This document shows positions 25,618-40,798 of a stretch of 64,000 nucleotides of DNA, piece after piece. Within the stretch, counting starts at the first letter, position 1; every line of letters begins with the position of its first letter. Origin of the DNA: Octopus vulgaris (taxonomy: Eukaryota); contig OX597832.1 in assembly GCA_951406725.2 (NCBI GenBank), forward strand, positions 20,336,001 through 20,400,000, in the 5' to 3' direction. Under the pieces are notes generated by a model, which was not told the DNA's origin, ran no database searches, and worked only from the letters and a program-made list of their open reading frames with translations. The position numbers and the translations under genes are program-made.

Positions 25618-26005
25618 TAATAATAATAAATAGGTATTAATGACAAGGAAGACGATGGTGATGATGATGATGATGATGGTGATGATGGTGATGATGATGA
25701 TGATGATGATGATGATGGTGATGATGGTGATGATGGTGATGATGGTGATGATGATGATGATGATGATGAAGATGATGATTATGATGATGATGATGATGAT
25801 GATGATTGGTGGTTTAGCTGGTGGTGATAATGGTGTTGGTGGTGAAGCTGGTCTGGTCGTGATGGTGCTAGGGATGGTGGTACTGGTGGCTGCGGTGGTG
25901 TTAATGGTGTTGGTATGGTTAATGACGATGAGCGGGAGGATGTGGAGGGGAAGGGGAGGGGTGGAGAAGAAGTGGAGGGGAAGAAGTGGAGGAGAAAGAG
26001 AAGAA

Positions 26006-26052
<47 letters not shown>

Positions 26053-26092
26053 AGAAGAAGCAGAAGAAGAAGAAGAAAAAGAAGAAGAATAA

Positions 26093-26153
<61 letters not shown>

Positions 26154-26400
26154 AAGAAGAAGAAGAAGAAGGAAAAGAAGAACAACAACAACAACAGCAA
26201 CAACTACCGAACGGTGCCGTGTGAGAAAACAAATGCTGCAGCGACAACTTCAACAGCAACGAAAAATATGAGCAGCAGCATCGGCAACGGCAGCAGCAAA
26301 GAAAAAAACCCAAAAAAAACAAATACCAACAAAAACAACAATATAAAAGCAGCAACCAGAACAACAACAACAACCGCAGCAGCAGAACCAGCACTAAACA
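25530..26400. repeat. Compound trinucleotide microsatellite (AAT, GAT/GGT, GAA, CAA/CAG)
   Basis: Consecutive pure and degenerate triplet runs. Confidence 0.95.
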
Positions 26401-26896
26401 CCAACTGAGAAAAAGAGTGGACCCTGTGACAAGGAACACCAGTTTTCTACAGTTTGAAATTCCGTCTCTGCCAATTGAAATGACGAAACTTTATACTTAA
26501 TTACACGTTTCAAGCCTGCAAGACTTCTGTTAATTTCTGCAAATGACAGGTCCTTAGTTTTGTCACATGGAATAATAAATGCTAGCCATAGAGCTCTCCA
26601 CATTACTCCCCGTCGACTCACTGTGTGTAACTGTCTGCTGCTTTGGTTCCCTTCGTCTTTTTTTTTTCCTATCTGACTCCCACTTTTCTCTTCATTCTCG
26701 GTCTCTGTTCATTTCTCTCTATGCCTCTCTCTCTCTCCTTTTCTCTCTTGTTCTTTCCACATTTGTGTGTGTGTATGTATATACGCCTGCCTCTCAATCT
26801 TCTATTATTGCTTTATGCAAAGTTTTCTGTTTTCTCTGTAACTGTCTGGCTGCCTCTTTGTCTCCCTTCCACTGTGAATAGTTGTATACATCCCGG

Positions 26897-27112
<216 letters not shown>

Positions 27113-27337
27113 TCTTTCTAAATAACAGTAACAGAGTCCTTGTACAGGACTGCTGCATTCTCTTGGCAAATAAACTGATTATATGGGTGACTATATTTTC
27201 TCATATATTCTCTATCTTAACATTACATATGCTCCATTTTAAGTATCTCGTTCTTACCATTTCTCCGTCTCATTACCTTCCGAGTCACTCTTCCATTCTC
27301 AGTTATCTTCCATCCACATTTCTATCTTATTTTCCTT

Positions 27338-27414
<77 letters not shown>

Positions 27415-27608
27415 GTGTGTGAGAGAGAGAGAGGGGGTATGTATGTGTGTGTTTGTGTGTCGTTGTGTGTGTGTGTTTGTGTGACAGAGAGAGAGTGTGT
27501 ATGAATGTGTATCAACCAAAGAATGAAACTGGGCGAAATATACATATATACATATTTATATGAAAACACACAGAGGCACATACCCCTCTCTCCCACACAC
27601 ACAAACAG

Positions 27609-27639
<31 letters not shown>

Positions 27640-28605
27640 TACACACATACACACATACATTCATATACTTGCTAGTACGAATGGTTTTGTTTTTGTCCTA
27701 ATTTTCGTACAAAATGACAACTTGTCCTATTTCAGTCCGCTTTTCTTTTCTATGAATTCTTTAAGAAAACACTAACATATCTTTAAATATAGATAAACAT
27801 TACCTCTCGCTTTTTCTCCGAATGCACATGTCTCCGAATACAAATATATGTAAATATATAAAAACACACACACATGCACACACACCGCAAACATATACAG
27901 CTCGGTAGGTAACTAGAATGAGAGAGAGAGAGAACGAAGGGATATCTCTTTTTAGTCTCAAGATGTCTACAGAGAAGCATGGATTCTCTGTATATGAGCG
28001 CTGAAAAATGGGAGAGCAATGTTGAAGTGTCAGTATCTAATAGAGAGACTGAATGGACGTGAGGTGAGGTTAAGGCTTGTACTAATGGAACGAAATAAAA
28101 TGGACGTAGAAACATTATCAGGATAAGACTGGAAGATGGCGCTTTCAAATGAAGTCACTGACGATGGAGCTATCTCTCAACTATGAGCTTCAAGAACCCG
28201 GTGTAACGCTTCTCTGCCAATAAGACCGAAATACACACGAAAATCAATGATTTTGCGAAATTCAAGGTATAACTTCAATACACATACACACTTATACACA
28301 AACATACATACACAGACACACACTCACATACACATATTAATATACATATAAATGTGTGTGTGTCTATGTATGTGTGTGTGCGTGTGTGTGTGTGTAGAGT
28401 ATACAAGGACTTTTCGTCAACTGACGTAATGTGACAGGTATGAATGCTGAGGTAGGTTTGCAACCACCTGAAAATTGTAGTGTTAAAACTGCCTACCGAA
28501 AGCGGCTAGAAGTAGTTTCTCCTTGAGCATAGATTAAAGTAAGCAATGAAGAGATAAAACTTCTCACATCACTAGAAAAAATATTTAATCCTTATATCTT
28601 ATATG

Positions 28606-28996
28606 TTATCTTTATTTCATGTTTCAGTCATTAGACGGCAGCCTTGCTAGTGCACAGCCTTGAAGTACTGGGATCGATTCATGAGACCCCAGTACTTAAT
28701 TTTTAAGCCAAGTACTTATTCTATCGGTCATTATATGCCAAACCTCTAACACGGGGACACAAACACACACATGCTGTGGTGGGAGGGCCAAACACAGACA
28801 CAAACACACACACACGCACACACCTGTATGTATACATTTCTATGACGGGCTACTTTCAGTAATCGTCAAGCAATTCCACTCACAAAGCTTTGGTTAATCC
28901 GAGGCTGTAGTAAAAGACACTATTCTAAAGTGCCAAGCAGCGGGGTTGAACCGGGAACCATGTAGTTTGGAAGCCAACTTCTTACCTCACTGCCAT
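28606..28996 (-). mobile_element. SINE family A, near full-length
   Basis: Reverse complement of family A from tail (GTTTCAGTCATT) to head (GTTGAACCGGGAACCATGT). Confidence 0.8.
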
Positions 28997-30241
28997 CACT
29001 GAACCTACAAATCAGAAAGTGCTACTGAATCACCTGTTGTTTCGTCTGTTCTGTTACAATACAAGTAAGCAGAACTACTTATTTGCGTACAGGTATAGCA
29101 AAAATCCTGACAAAATTACAAACGCAAATTGTTTTTATATTCTATTTCGTTTATTGTTTTCTATATCATCACATCATTGATTCAATGCAGAACTGACAAA
29201 AAGCCAAAAGTCATATGAGATCGTGAAAACTTGTCACAAGTCAGTGTAAAAGGTAATGCTATCAGCGTCCATTTTTGTTTCCACTAATCAATTTTCGATA
29301 GAGCACTTTTTGTTACCATCATAGAAATAATTGCACACAGACTGCCGATATATAACTAACAGCGGGATGTAAGATATACATATGAAAAGAAAAACGCATG
29401 CACAAAAAAAAAATTGAGAAAATTTTAAATTTACGATGTCTGTTCGCTCATGGTGCGGCTAAGAAAAACAATATGAATACAGACCGCAAAAAATATTAGC
29501 AGCAGAAAAATCAACAGTAAGTAAAAAAATAAATCGAAAATATCCGCGTAAAAGACTTCAAGAATGTCAGTATTGATATACATATATGGAGTATTTCTTA
29601 CAATGGGATCATATGCGATGTGTTTAAGAAGGATACGTTTATGTCCAATGAAATTTGTTATAATTGAGTTTGAAAATAAATGATCTCAAATTGATTATAT
29701 TTGAAACTAGGATAAGCACAAGCTGCTCCATTTCTTAGAAAACATTTGTCAGTTAGCATTTCAATTATTTCTAGAAGATTTGAACCGAGAGATACTTATG
29801 AATAAAACTTATCTGAGAGTGTGCTTTGAGGTTTTCGAAGAAAGAAATACGGTTAGCGACCTCAAATGATGACAGGCAAAATTAAGCAGAATGGCTCTCG
29901 ATGTTGAATGCCAAACATACCTTTTGATTTGCAAACAAGTACTCATGGCCATTGAACCTAAATATTTTCTTATCAAACTATTAGGTAACAAGATTTCAGT
30001 ATATATATACATACATACATACACACACAAATATACACTCACACAAACACACACACATATCTGTGTGTGTGCGGATATTTATAAATACATATATGATATA
30101 TATATATATATTTGAATTTAAATACAAACATATACATGTATGTATATGTATGCGAACATAATATAAATTGAAATATATGCATATATATATATAAATATGT
30201 ATATGTATGAATGAATACACACATAGATACCTATATACATA

Positions 30242-30321
<80 letters not shown>

Positions 30322-30478
30322 ATATATATATATATAAGTATATATACCAATATATATATATTTATATAGTAATATATACATACATGTATATATAAATTCA
30401 TGTATATATATATATATATATCATACAATGTATATACGTGGACACAAACACACATATATATATATACATACCCATATA

Positions 30479-30533
<55 letters not shown>

Positions 30534-31108
30534 CGTGTGTATCTGTTTAAGAGTGGGTGTATATTTACATATTTGCGAATTTATACACACACAAACATAC
30601 AGACATCATTTCAATAAGAACAATAACACCGAATAGCAAAGTATCACAGTCACTTCCAACGTAGACACCCAACATAAACAACACCGAAGCCACAACCACC
30701 ATCACAACCACCACCACCACCACCACCAAACAACAACAACAGCAACAATACCAGTACCATCGTCATTACATATATATATAACAACAATAGGACCAGCAAG
30801 AAGAACAACAGCAGAAAGAAATGATGTAATTATGAAAAAAAACTAAAATTGTAACTCTAATGTTCCCAGACACGAAGACCGCAATCATTAACGTTAAAAA
30901 TCATGATGGTGATTCTTAGATTTTTCTTTTGTTATCTAAACATTGTTCAATCACTCTCAAACATATGCCATCATTCTAGTATCTAGTTTTTACCATTTTT
31001 CCTATTGTATTTTTTTCTTCACTTTCGCCAAACGTTTACAATGAACCACTGTCCTTTCTCCTCATCCATAGATACATAAATACATACATACATACATACA
31101 TACACACT

Positions 31109-31172
<64 letters not shown>

Positions 31173-31234
31173 TGAGTGTGCGTATGTGAGTGAGGGTGTG
31201 TTTTGTGTATATATATATGTGTGTGTATGTATGA

Positions 31235-31267
<33 letters not shown>

Positions 31268-32298
31268 CATATATATATATATCTGTATGTATTATTTACA
31301 TCTACTTCGATATATATAATGTGCGTATTTAAGTATATATACATGAGATATTCAAAATATATTTATATATCTGTGTGTGTCAGTGTAAACGCACACAAAT
31401 ATAAATATAAGCATACGTACGTATGAATGTATATGTAGAAACATATATATATATACATATATATGTATATATATATACATATATGTATACATATACATAT
31501 ATATATATATACATATATATATACATATACGTATGCATATCTGCATATACACATATATATTAACATATATATATGAATATATTCATATGCATATAATTAT
31601 ATATATATGTATATTCATACATACGTGTGTTTATGTGTTTATATATAAATACACGTATATATATATACTGTTGTAAACACATATACACATGTGTGTGCGC
31701 GTGTGTCTCTGCGTGTGTATGTGTGTGTGTGTACACATTCCGTGCCTTTCTTTTCCTACGTTTTTTTATACAATACATTTTTATTTCCATACATACTTTA
31801 CCTTCCACCCTTCCACCCTTCCACCCGACCCTTCGCCAACTTGCGATGTTATTGTTTATTGAGTGTCATCATCTCTGTAGCTATTCTCATTCCGTCTCTA
31901 TTCTTATCTGCTGCTCAAACTTGGATACGATTCTGTGTAAACAATGGCATTTTATCTTAGTCTCTGAACTTTCTATTGGTTCTTCAAGAGCTCTGAGTTT
32001 TTCTCTAAGTGTGTCTCTTTACGTAATTTTTTGTTATTTATTGTTATTTTCATTTTGCGTATTTGTTTTGTTTTTTTTTTAGCACAACTCACCCTTTTCT
32101 TTACATCCTATTTTCTGATTAGTTATGTCGGTTTATGCAGGGTCTTAACCAAAAAAAAAAAAAAAAAAAACGAAACGAAATGAAACAATAAAAATAAATT
32201 GTAAAATATGATGCTTAAAATAATATACTCTGTCCGCACCATTCTTCATCGTGGTGTTAAATCGAAAAGGATTTCACGCGAAGAGAATCGCAAACCTG

Positions 32299-32363
<65 letters not shown>

Positions 32364-32768
32364 TGTATCTATATATATATATCATGAGAGCAGTAAAATC
32401 GGTAAACCTATTATCAATAGTAACAATAAGTAATTGTAACAAACTCTATGATGAATATGGTTTTATAATGGTGGTAATGAGAAAGAGAAGGTGGAGGCAG
32501 ACACGAAGAATATGGCGGGGGAGAAGGCGGAAGGTGGTGGGGATGATGATGAGGCCGAGGATGAGGCTAATGATGATGATGGTCAACGTTGTCTCGATTA
32601 ATCCTTGCAGGGATTTCTTACACTGTATATATTGCTCAACCATACCTTACGCAAAGTCAGAGGAACATGAATCTTCATCTTAGTTTAATTAGAGACCGAC
32701 TACTACTGCTACTACTACTCCTACTACTACTTCTCCTCCTCCTCCTCCTACTACTACTACTACTATTA

Positions 32769-32848
<80 letters not shown>

Positions 32849-32849
32849 T

Positions 32850-34372
32850 TTTGCCCTAACTGTCACGAAGACACTCGGCAAGAAATGGAAACAAAATTGC
32901 TTCCATTTCTTGAAGAGTGTCTTCTTGACAGCTAAGGCAATTATAATCACTGTATACATTGGTAGGCAATCAAAATAAACCCACCAAGTTGTTCATTTAC
33001 GATGTGATGTGATAGTAAAAAAGGAAGAATGATAAAGCAAAGCAGGAAAAAAAAAAAGGAAAAAAAACACAGATGAAACATGGAGGTAAAAGAAAGAAAA
33101 TTAACAGCAACTCTGCCCCTCTCAATACGTGTGACGTACCAGTTCAGACAATGTTTTGCACCTCCTGCATGGATGGTTAAGTTAGGGATCATCCTCAAAT
33201 AATTTTCAGTTCCCGTTTTGATGATTCCAAGTGCTCCTACAATCATTAGTATTGTAACTATCTTGAGATGTAACTATTTTCGATTTAAATCAGCAGACCT
33301 TAATATTTCCTGAGATTATCAAATTCTTTTGCCGAGATATTATGATCACAACGTATGCATTTGTCAATTACTAAACCGACTTTATTGGTTTGGTCCTTCA
33401 CAGCAATATCTGTTCTGGTCTGTATGTACTGAAAAATCCCATAGAATCGTTTCTCCCGCAGGATGGTGCTTGTACTATTTGTCAACAATTTTGATTTTAT
33501 AATGCCGACATACTATCCAGTGTAGATATTGGCCAACTCTGTCATGTCTAGATTTATACTCTGCTGGTGCTGAAACCTTACACGCAGAGATTAGGAGGTC
33601 CACTGTTTCAATCTCATCATTGCATAATTGGCATTTGGGGTCTCATCACGTTGGCTTGGTAATTCCGTGTCAATAATCTCTGATCTTGAGCAGCTGAAAT
33701 AAAGCCTTCGCACTCTGCATTTAACCCTAAGTTCCGTAGCCGTTGATGAATATGCTTCTGCTCTACATCAGCTTGTTGGTTATGGGAAAAATATTAGCCA
33801 TGCAGAGGTTCTTGTTACGCCTATCAGCCAATTTCCTTCAGGGCAAAAACAATCTTCTTAAGTCTTTCGTGGTTTTTAACGTGTTTTAGCATCCAGTCGT
33901 TAGGTGTTTCAAGATATTTGGCCCGCTCCCTTGTGGTGGCTTTGTGATTTCAAATTGGAGTAAGCCTCGACCTCCTTGTACTCAGGGAAGGTAAAGACAA
34001 TCTGCGCCTGCCTTTAAGCAGTGCCTCTTACTGTAAGTCAGCAGCTTATGAATTTTCCTGTCAATCTTCCTTCTTTCGCTCATATTCCAGTTCAACACAT
34101 TGAACCTGCAAAAAACAACTGGAACTGCTTATTAATTTATGGCTAACACCTTGTTATGTACATTAAACTCGAATTTTCAGACTGCTCGAACTCTCCTGTC
34201 ACATTCCTTCCTGATCTCTTTCATGGTTGCATGCCGAATGCCAGAACCCTCATCTATTCCGAAGTATTTGTAAGTTTGTTCCTGCTCAAGTTCTTTTATA
34301 ATTGTGTCAACATCTAACACCACTGAATGTGAGGTCTTTAATTTCCCTTTCTGGAAAATGGCTTTATTATTG
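32850..34372 (-). mobile_element. Dong/R4-clade non-LTR retrotransposon, decayed 3' portion
   Basis: Minus-strand peptides TYKYFGIDE (RT C-terminal motif), EGFISAAQDQ, CQLCNDEIETVDLLISAC...YKSRHDRVGQYLHW (zinc knuckle + RHD) and IVGALGII, with stops and frameshifts. 3' end abuts (TAA)n at 32764-32846; boundaries approximate. Confidence 0.8.
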
Positions 34373-34384
34373 TTATCAGACATG

Positions 34385-34965
34385 CAGCCTACGGTGCCAT
34401 GCTATTCGTTCTTTTCAGCTCTCTCATGCTTTCCCGCTTCCTCTGACTCTGCCAAGGAGGCAAACCTTTTGTAACAGCCCTACTGGGCACTCTATTCCAA
34501 TTTGCTTGATATTCCTGAGGAACCCAACTATAATTAGCATCATCATTTTGAAAAGCCGGTCTATTTTGTACTTATGCGCTTTGTATCTAACTATCTTTTC
34601 GCCTTCCTTCTCGACTATTCGTGCGTCAAAGGAGTATGCAACATCAGCTATATAGCATATGTGGTGCACCTTGTCCACTACCACTAGATCCGGTCTGTTA
34701 TGCTCTAGCACCTGATCTGTTTCGATTGGAAAATCCCAGAGGATTTTGCTAGTCTCCAACTCTTCCACATTGTGAGCTTTGTCTTTATACCACGTCTTGC
34801 CTCTCTCTAGCCCCCACAATCACTAGTGGAGCACTTTCACTACCTGGTCGTTTGTCGCCACACCTCGTAGTGGTTTTCGTTCATGGCATTGGCAATGGTT
34901 TCATCAACTCTATTACAGCTGCAGCTCAGCAAAAACACTTGTTCATTCCTAAGGTTGACCCTCCA
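34385..34965 (-). mobile_element. Second Dong/R4-like fragment (REL endonuclease domain)
   Basis: KILWDFPIETDQVLEHNRPDLVVVDK...IADVA...EKEGEKIVRYK is a PD-(D/E)xK restriction-like endonuclease; adjoins (ATT)n at 34975. Confidence 0.85.
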
Positions 34966-34970
34966 CTCAA

Positions 34971-35068
<98 letters not shown>

Positions 35069-35200
35069 ATTATTATTATTACTATTATTATTATTGTTGT
35101 TGTTGTTGTTGTTTTTATTATTATAATTATTATTATTATTATTACTATTATTATTATTGTTATTATTATTATTATTATTAGTAGTAGTATTATTATTATG

Positions 35201-35415
35201 AAAGTGGCGAGCTGGCAGAATCATTAGCAGGCTGGACGAAACGCTTTTCACTATTTCACCCGTCGCTACGTTCTGAGTTCAAATTCCACCTTGGTCGACA
35301 TTGCCTTTCATACTTTCGGGGTCGATAAATTAAGATCCAGTAAAACACTTGAGTTGGTGTAATCGAGTAATCCCTTCCTCCAAAATTTCAGGCCTTGTGC
35401 CTACATTAGAAAGGT
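35201..35415 (+). mobile_element. SINE family B
   Basis: GGCGAGCTGGCAGAATC head, GAGTTCAAATTCC, TTGCCTTTCATACTTTCGGGGTCGATAAATTAAG; sits inside (ATT)n. A second partial copy lies at 35527-35680. Confidence 0.85.
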
Positions 35416-35721
35416 TATTATTATTATTGTTGTTATTTTTATTATTGTACTTATTATTTTTGCTATAGTTTTTTCTATTTGTGTTTTTTAAGTCTTTCAA
35501 TAAATTATCAAATAGAAATTTACTTGTCCGTCTTTACGTTCTGAGTTCAAAATTCTCCGAAGTCGACTGTGCATTTAATTCTTTCAGTATCGATAAAATA
35601 AATAGTGGCAGAGTACATGAGTCGATGTAGTCCACAAGCCCCCTCCCTCAAATTCCAGATCTTGTGCATATAGTAGAAACGAATATTATTATTATCATCA
35701 TCATCACCATCATCATTATTA

Positions 35722-35818
<97 letters not shown>

Positions 35819-35991
35819 TATGTTTAACTTTTGCTTTATGTTTGTACAAGTTGGCTCCAAGTCTGACCCAGAGACCTCAAGAGACAACAGGTTGAAAGTT
35901 CACGTTGTTGTTATTCCTAGTGTGCCATATGTTTGGGGTTTTTTTGGTGTTGTACTAGTGAATATCTAATAAATAAATTTTTTAAAAATTG

Positions 35992-36080
<89 letters not shown>

Positions 36081-36272
36081 TATTTATCATTATTGTCTGC
36101 CTTTGAATTGTCCCCCTCATCCTTCACCCTTGTAGCAAATAAATGCAATCATCATCATCATCATCATCATCATCGATGATGATGATGATGATGATTTATC
36201 ATTATAGGTCTGTCTCAGTATTGGCCCCCTCACCTCTTGCCCTTGTGGTAAATAAATGAAATACTAACACTA

Positions 36273-36336
<64 letters not shown>

Positions 36337-36557
36337 TAATAGTAATAATAATTATAATTATTATTATTACTATTATTATATTTCTATTTTTAGTATTATT
36401 GTTATCATCATTATTATTATGATTATTATTATTATAATTATTATTACTATTATCATTATTACTATTATTACGATTATTATTATTATTATTATCATCATCA
36501 TGATTATGATCATCATCATCATCATCATCATCATCATTATTATTATTAGTATTGTTA

Positions 36558-36651
<94 letters not shown>

Positions 36652-37137
36652 CATCATCCTTATTATCATTATTTATAACTGCTGTTAATTCGAAAATATT
36701 ACTGCGGACTTTTACCACATAGATTAGCTACTTAGATATTGGTTACGTATATATGCTGGCTTGTTATGTCGACAGTTGTATGCATATATTCCCATTTGAG
36801 AATACGAGGGAACATAACGGTTGATGTGATAGACAGGAAAACGAATCCGTCTCATTTTAAGTGGAAGAGAGAAATCATGTTGAGGGTGTTGGACACGGAA
36901 GGGTTTCTATCTCATCAACAATGGTGATAAGATTTAAGATGAGTTTGAGAATTGGCATGAACAAAAGCTTTTGATTAAAAAATGGGCCGGCGTGAGATAT
37001 GGGGCTGTACATAGATAAGAGAATGACGAGGACTTCATTTAGCTATGCCTAAGGCACTTTTGTTCAAGGGCTAGTTGTTGTATCGTTTGGCCATGTACAT
37101 ACATACATACATGCATACATATAGGTGCATGTGCATA

Positions 37138-37173
<36 letters not shown>

Positions 37174-37433
37174 CACTTACACACACATATATGTAAATGA
37201 GTTTGTGATAGACATTGTATGCGTGTGTGTGAGTATATATAAATATATATATATGTATGTATATATATATACATATGTATATATATACATATATATATAT
37301 ATGTATATATATACATATGTATATATATATACATATATATATATATATACATATAATAATAATATTACTGTATTGGCTTATGATTTTCACTGTTTGATTT
37401 ACCTAATAGTGTTTTTATCTCTAGTTTAATATA

Positions 37434-37533
<100 letters not shown>

Positions 37534-37732
37534 GTATATATATATATATATACATAGAGAGAGAAAGTTAGATAGATTGACAGATAGATAAATAGATATA
37601 CAAATTCACAAATAGTTATTACACATACGCACACACATACACACACACTCATACACACACATATAAATACATATATATATATGTATATGTGCATGTGTGT
37701 GTATGTGTATGCGAATATGTGCCTACTATCCA

Positions 37733-37883
37733 CCGGGCTTCGAGACAGTTTCCAAATTCACTTTTGAGATATTAGGCAAACCGGTCTCACATGCTGAGTA
37801 GCTTGCCCAAGGTACCACGCAACAAGAATTGATCCTAAACTACCTGATTGCAAATAATAGAGAGTCTTCACAACACAGCTGTG
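37733..37883 (-). mobile_element. SINE family A fragment, diverged
   Basis: CTTGCCCAAGGTACCACGC and CACACAGC match the family A head in reverse. Confidence 0.6.
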
Positions 37884-38040
37884 GCTGCAGCTCTATTGAA
37901 TTATATACAATGATTTTAAATTTAGATCCGTAATAGCGAGGGGAGAGGGTTGAGGATCTCCAGCACTCCGTTTCATAAAATCTCGAATTGAACAGAAAAT
38001 AGATTTCCCTCTTGGCGTTTTAAAAATCATAAATTAATGT

Positions 38041-38820
38041 AGGAGTGGCTGTGTGGTAAGTAGTTTACTTACGAACCACATGGATCCGGGTTCAGTCCAA
38101 CTGCGTGGCACCGTGGGCAAGTGTCTTCTACTTTGCCTTTCATCCTTTCGGGTCGATTAAATAAGTACCAGTTACGCGCTGGGGTCGATATAATCGACTT
38201 AATCCGTTTGTCTGTCCTTGTTTGTCCTCTCTATGTTTAGTCCCTTGTGGGTAGTAAAGAAATAAGTATTTCGTCTACCGGGACATTCTGAGTTCAAATT
38301 ACGCTGAGGTCGACTTTGCCTTTCATCCTTTCGAGGTCGATTAAATATGAACCAATTACGCACTGGACTCGATATAATCGACTTAATCCGTTTGTCTGTC
38401 CTTGTTTGTCCCATTTGTGTTTAGCCCCTTGTGCGTAGTAAAGAAATAGGTATTTGGCCTGCCACTACGTTCTGAGTTCTAATTCCGCCGAGGTTGACAT
38501 TGCCGTTCATCCTTTTGGGGTCGATTAAATAAGTACCAGTTACACACTGGGGTCGATGTAATCGACTTAATCTCTTTGTCTGTCCTTGTTTGTCCTCTCT
38601 ATGTTTAGGCCCTTGTGGCTAGTAAAGAAATAGGTATTTCGTCTGCCGCTACGTTCTGACTTCTAATTCCGCCGAGGTTGACATTGCCGTTCATCCATTT
38701 GGGGTCGATTAAATAAGTACCAGTTATACATTACTGGGATCGCAGTAATCGACTTAATCTCTTTGTCTGTCCTTGTTTGTCCCCTCTATGTTTAGCCCCT
38801 TGTGGGCAATAAAGAAATAA
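38041..38820 (+). repeat. SINE-derived 184-bp tandem array (about 3.7 units) behind a family A tRNA head
   Basis: TTGCC(T/G)TTCATCC recurs with the G at 38135, 38318, 38502 and 38686. Units are family B body+tail; 38041-38131 is a family A head. Confidence 0.9.
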
Positions 38821-39582
38821 GATAAATAGATAGATAGGTAGAGAGGAAGGCTCAGAAAATATCCTCCTGCAAAGCATTACAAAGCATTATTTTTGCTTCA
38901 GCTACATTATTGAATTACTTTTATTTTAACCGTTAAGGTATATAGATATTTTAATCAACCACTGATTAATGGTATTAACTATGCTTTGTACAGATCTTTG
39001 TGCCCGAAAGGCAAAATTACTCCTAAAGATTTTTTTAAGAATACGTATAATCCTAATTGCTGTAAACATCTAGATTTTAACAATTTCAACCAAATTTACA
39101 AATTTTATTTAAAACTTTGAAAATAATTTCTTCAAACATTGTATATCTTTTATGTGTTTGTTTTGTTTTGTTTGATTAAAAAAAAGCAGAAAACTGTTAA
39201 ATGAAATAATCAAGATAGGAGAAAGAGACCTCTGTGTTTATTTTCCCTCCATCATTCTTTCTTTTTCTTTTTTTTTGCTGCGTACGGTAGAGAGTGACTA
39301 AGCTGGGATATGCAATCTACGATCTCAACGTAAAGTGGCTAATCTGTACATTTGCTTGACGTGTTAATCTTGAGTTTCAAAATTCCTGTTTCATGAATAA
39401 CAACCATTTCCTTTAATTTCTCGTCGCTTTGTGTTTCGCAAATTAGGAAGGAGTTGCTAACAGAAATATAAAAACATAAAGAACAACGTAAACAGAACTA
39501 AATACACATTTCAAGTTACACACACACACACACATACACACATATACACATACATACATACATACATACATACATACATACA

Positions 39583-39616
<34 letters not shown>

Positions 39617-39920
39617 CATGCATGCATACATACATATATACCCATAAAGAGCAGCCGAATTTATTTAGTATTTGTTCCGTTGTTCGTTCGTTTCAAGTTT
39701 TATTAATTTAGACTGGAAATACGTGCGTACACACAAACACAGACGCACACGCACTTATATGTGTGTGAGTGCATATATATACATACACGCGCTCACACAC
39801 ACACCCACACACTCACAGACGTAAATAGACATGCATATATACAATTATTTATACGCATGTATTGCGCATATTTATGTGACTGTGTGTGAATGCATGTTTA
39901 CGTATATGTATACATACGTA

Positions 39921-39971
<51 letters not shown>

Positions 39972-40127
39972 CATACATATTTGTGATCAGTGTGTTGAAG
40001 TATTAAGAAGACCATCGGCACAGTTTTGCTACATGGTGTTCTCTGCATTCGGGGTATATGGGTATATTTCCGTTGGGTCAACTTCAGGACCTCCGCAATT
40101 ATCATACACACACACCCACACACACAC

Positions 40128-40163
<36 letters not shown>

Positions 40164-40488
40164 GTACATATATATATGTATGTATGCGAGTGTTTGTGTG
40201 TGTGTGAGTGACTGTATTTGGAACTTGGTAGAGAAGACGAACTATAAGGCTATGTTGGACACATCTATGTGCATATATTCGCATAATGATACATATATGC
40301 ATGTATATATATGCGCACCTGTATATCCCTACGCGTACATATCCATCTTTGTCTTTGTCAGTGATGATACTTATGTTTTCATTAGTTCAGAGTAAGTACC
40401 CAAATAAAGGGTACTATGGTCGAGTATACACTTGAAGACGTTTGTGTGTGTGCAGCGATATGTGGAAAATGTGTGTGTAGGGGCATGT

Positions 40489-40700
40489 GAAGGCGCACAG
40501 CTCAGTGGTTAGAGCGTCGTTTGCCGGACCGACCTGTGTGGTGTGTTCTTGAGCAAAACGCTATATTTTCCGTTGCTCTAGAGGTCAGTTGCGACCTCAC
40601 TTGTGTCAAGCTGCATCGGACTTTGGTTATCTTCTACAAAAGACATCTCTGGTCTTGTGCCTGAGAGCAGAACTTTCTAGGTGCAATTAGTTAGTCATTC
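40489..40700 (+). mobile_element. tRNA-derived SINE family C fragment
   Basis: GAAGGCGCACAGCTCAGTGGTTAGAGCG head; TGTGTTCTTGAGCAAAAC..TATATTTTCCGTTGCTC matches 56480-56515. Confidence 0.6.
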
Positions 40701-40798
40701 GTTACCGAATATATATGTATATATATATAAGAATTTTTTCCGTAGTGAGATAAAAAAAACTAAGGCTGTGTAGATATTAGAACATTTATAGATAGAAG

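Noticed and set aside
25348-26439. 363-aa ORF and overlapping poly-E/K/R ORFs
   Set aside because: Compound trinucleotide microsatellite.
27990-28455. Unique segment with YY1-like AAGATGGCG and several GT donor-like sites
   Set aside because: No recognisable peptide; single short motifs are expected by chance.
38131-38820. Regularly spaced repeats suggesting a CRISPR array
   Set aside because: Whole units repeat with no unique spacers, the sequence is SINE-derived, the context is eukaryotic and there are no cas genes.
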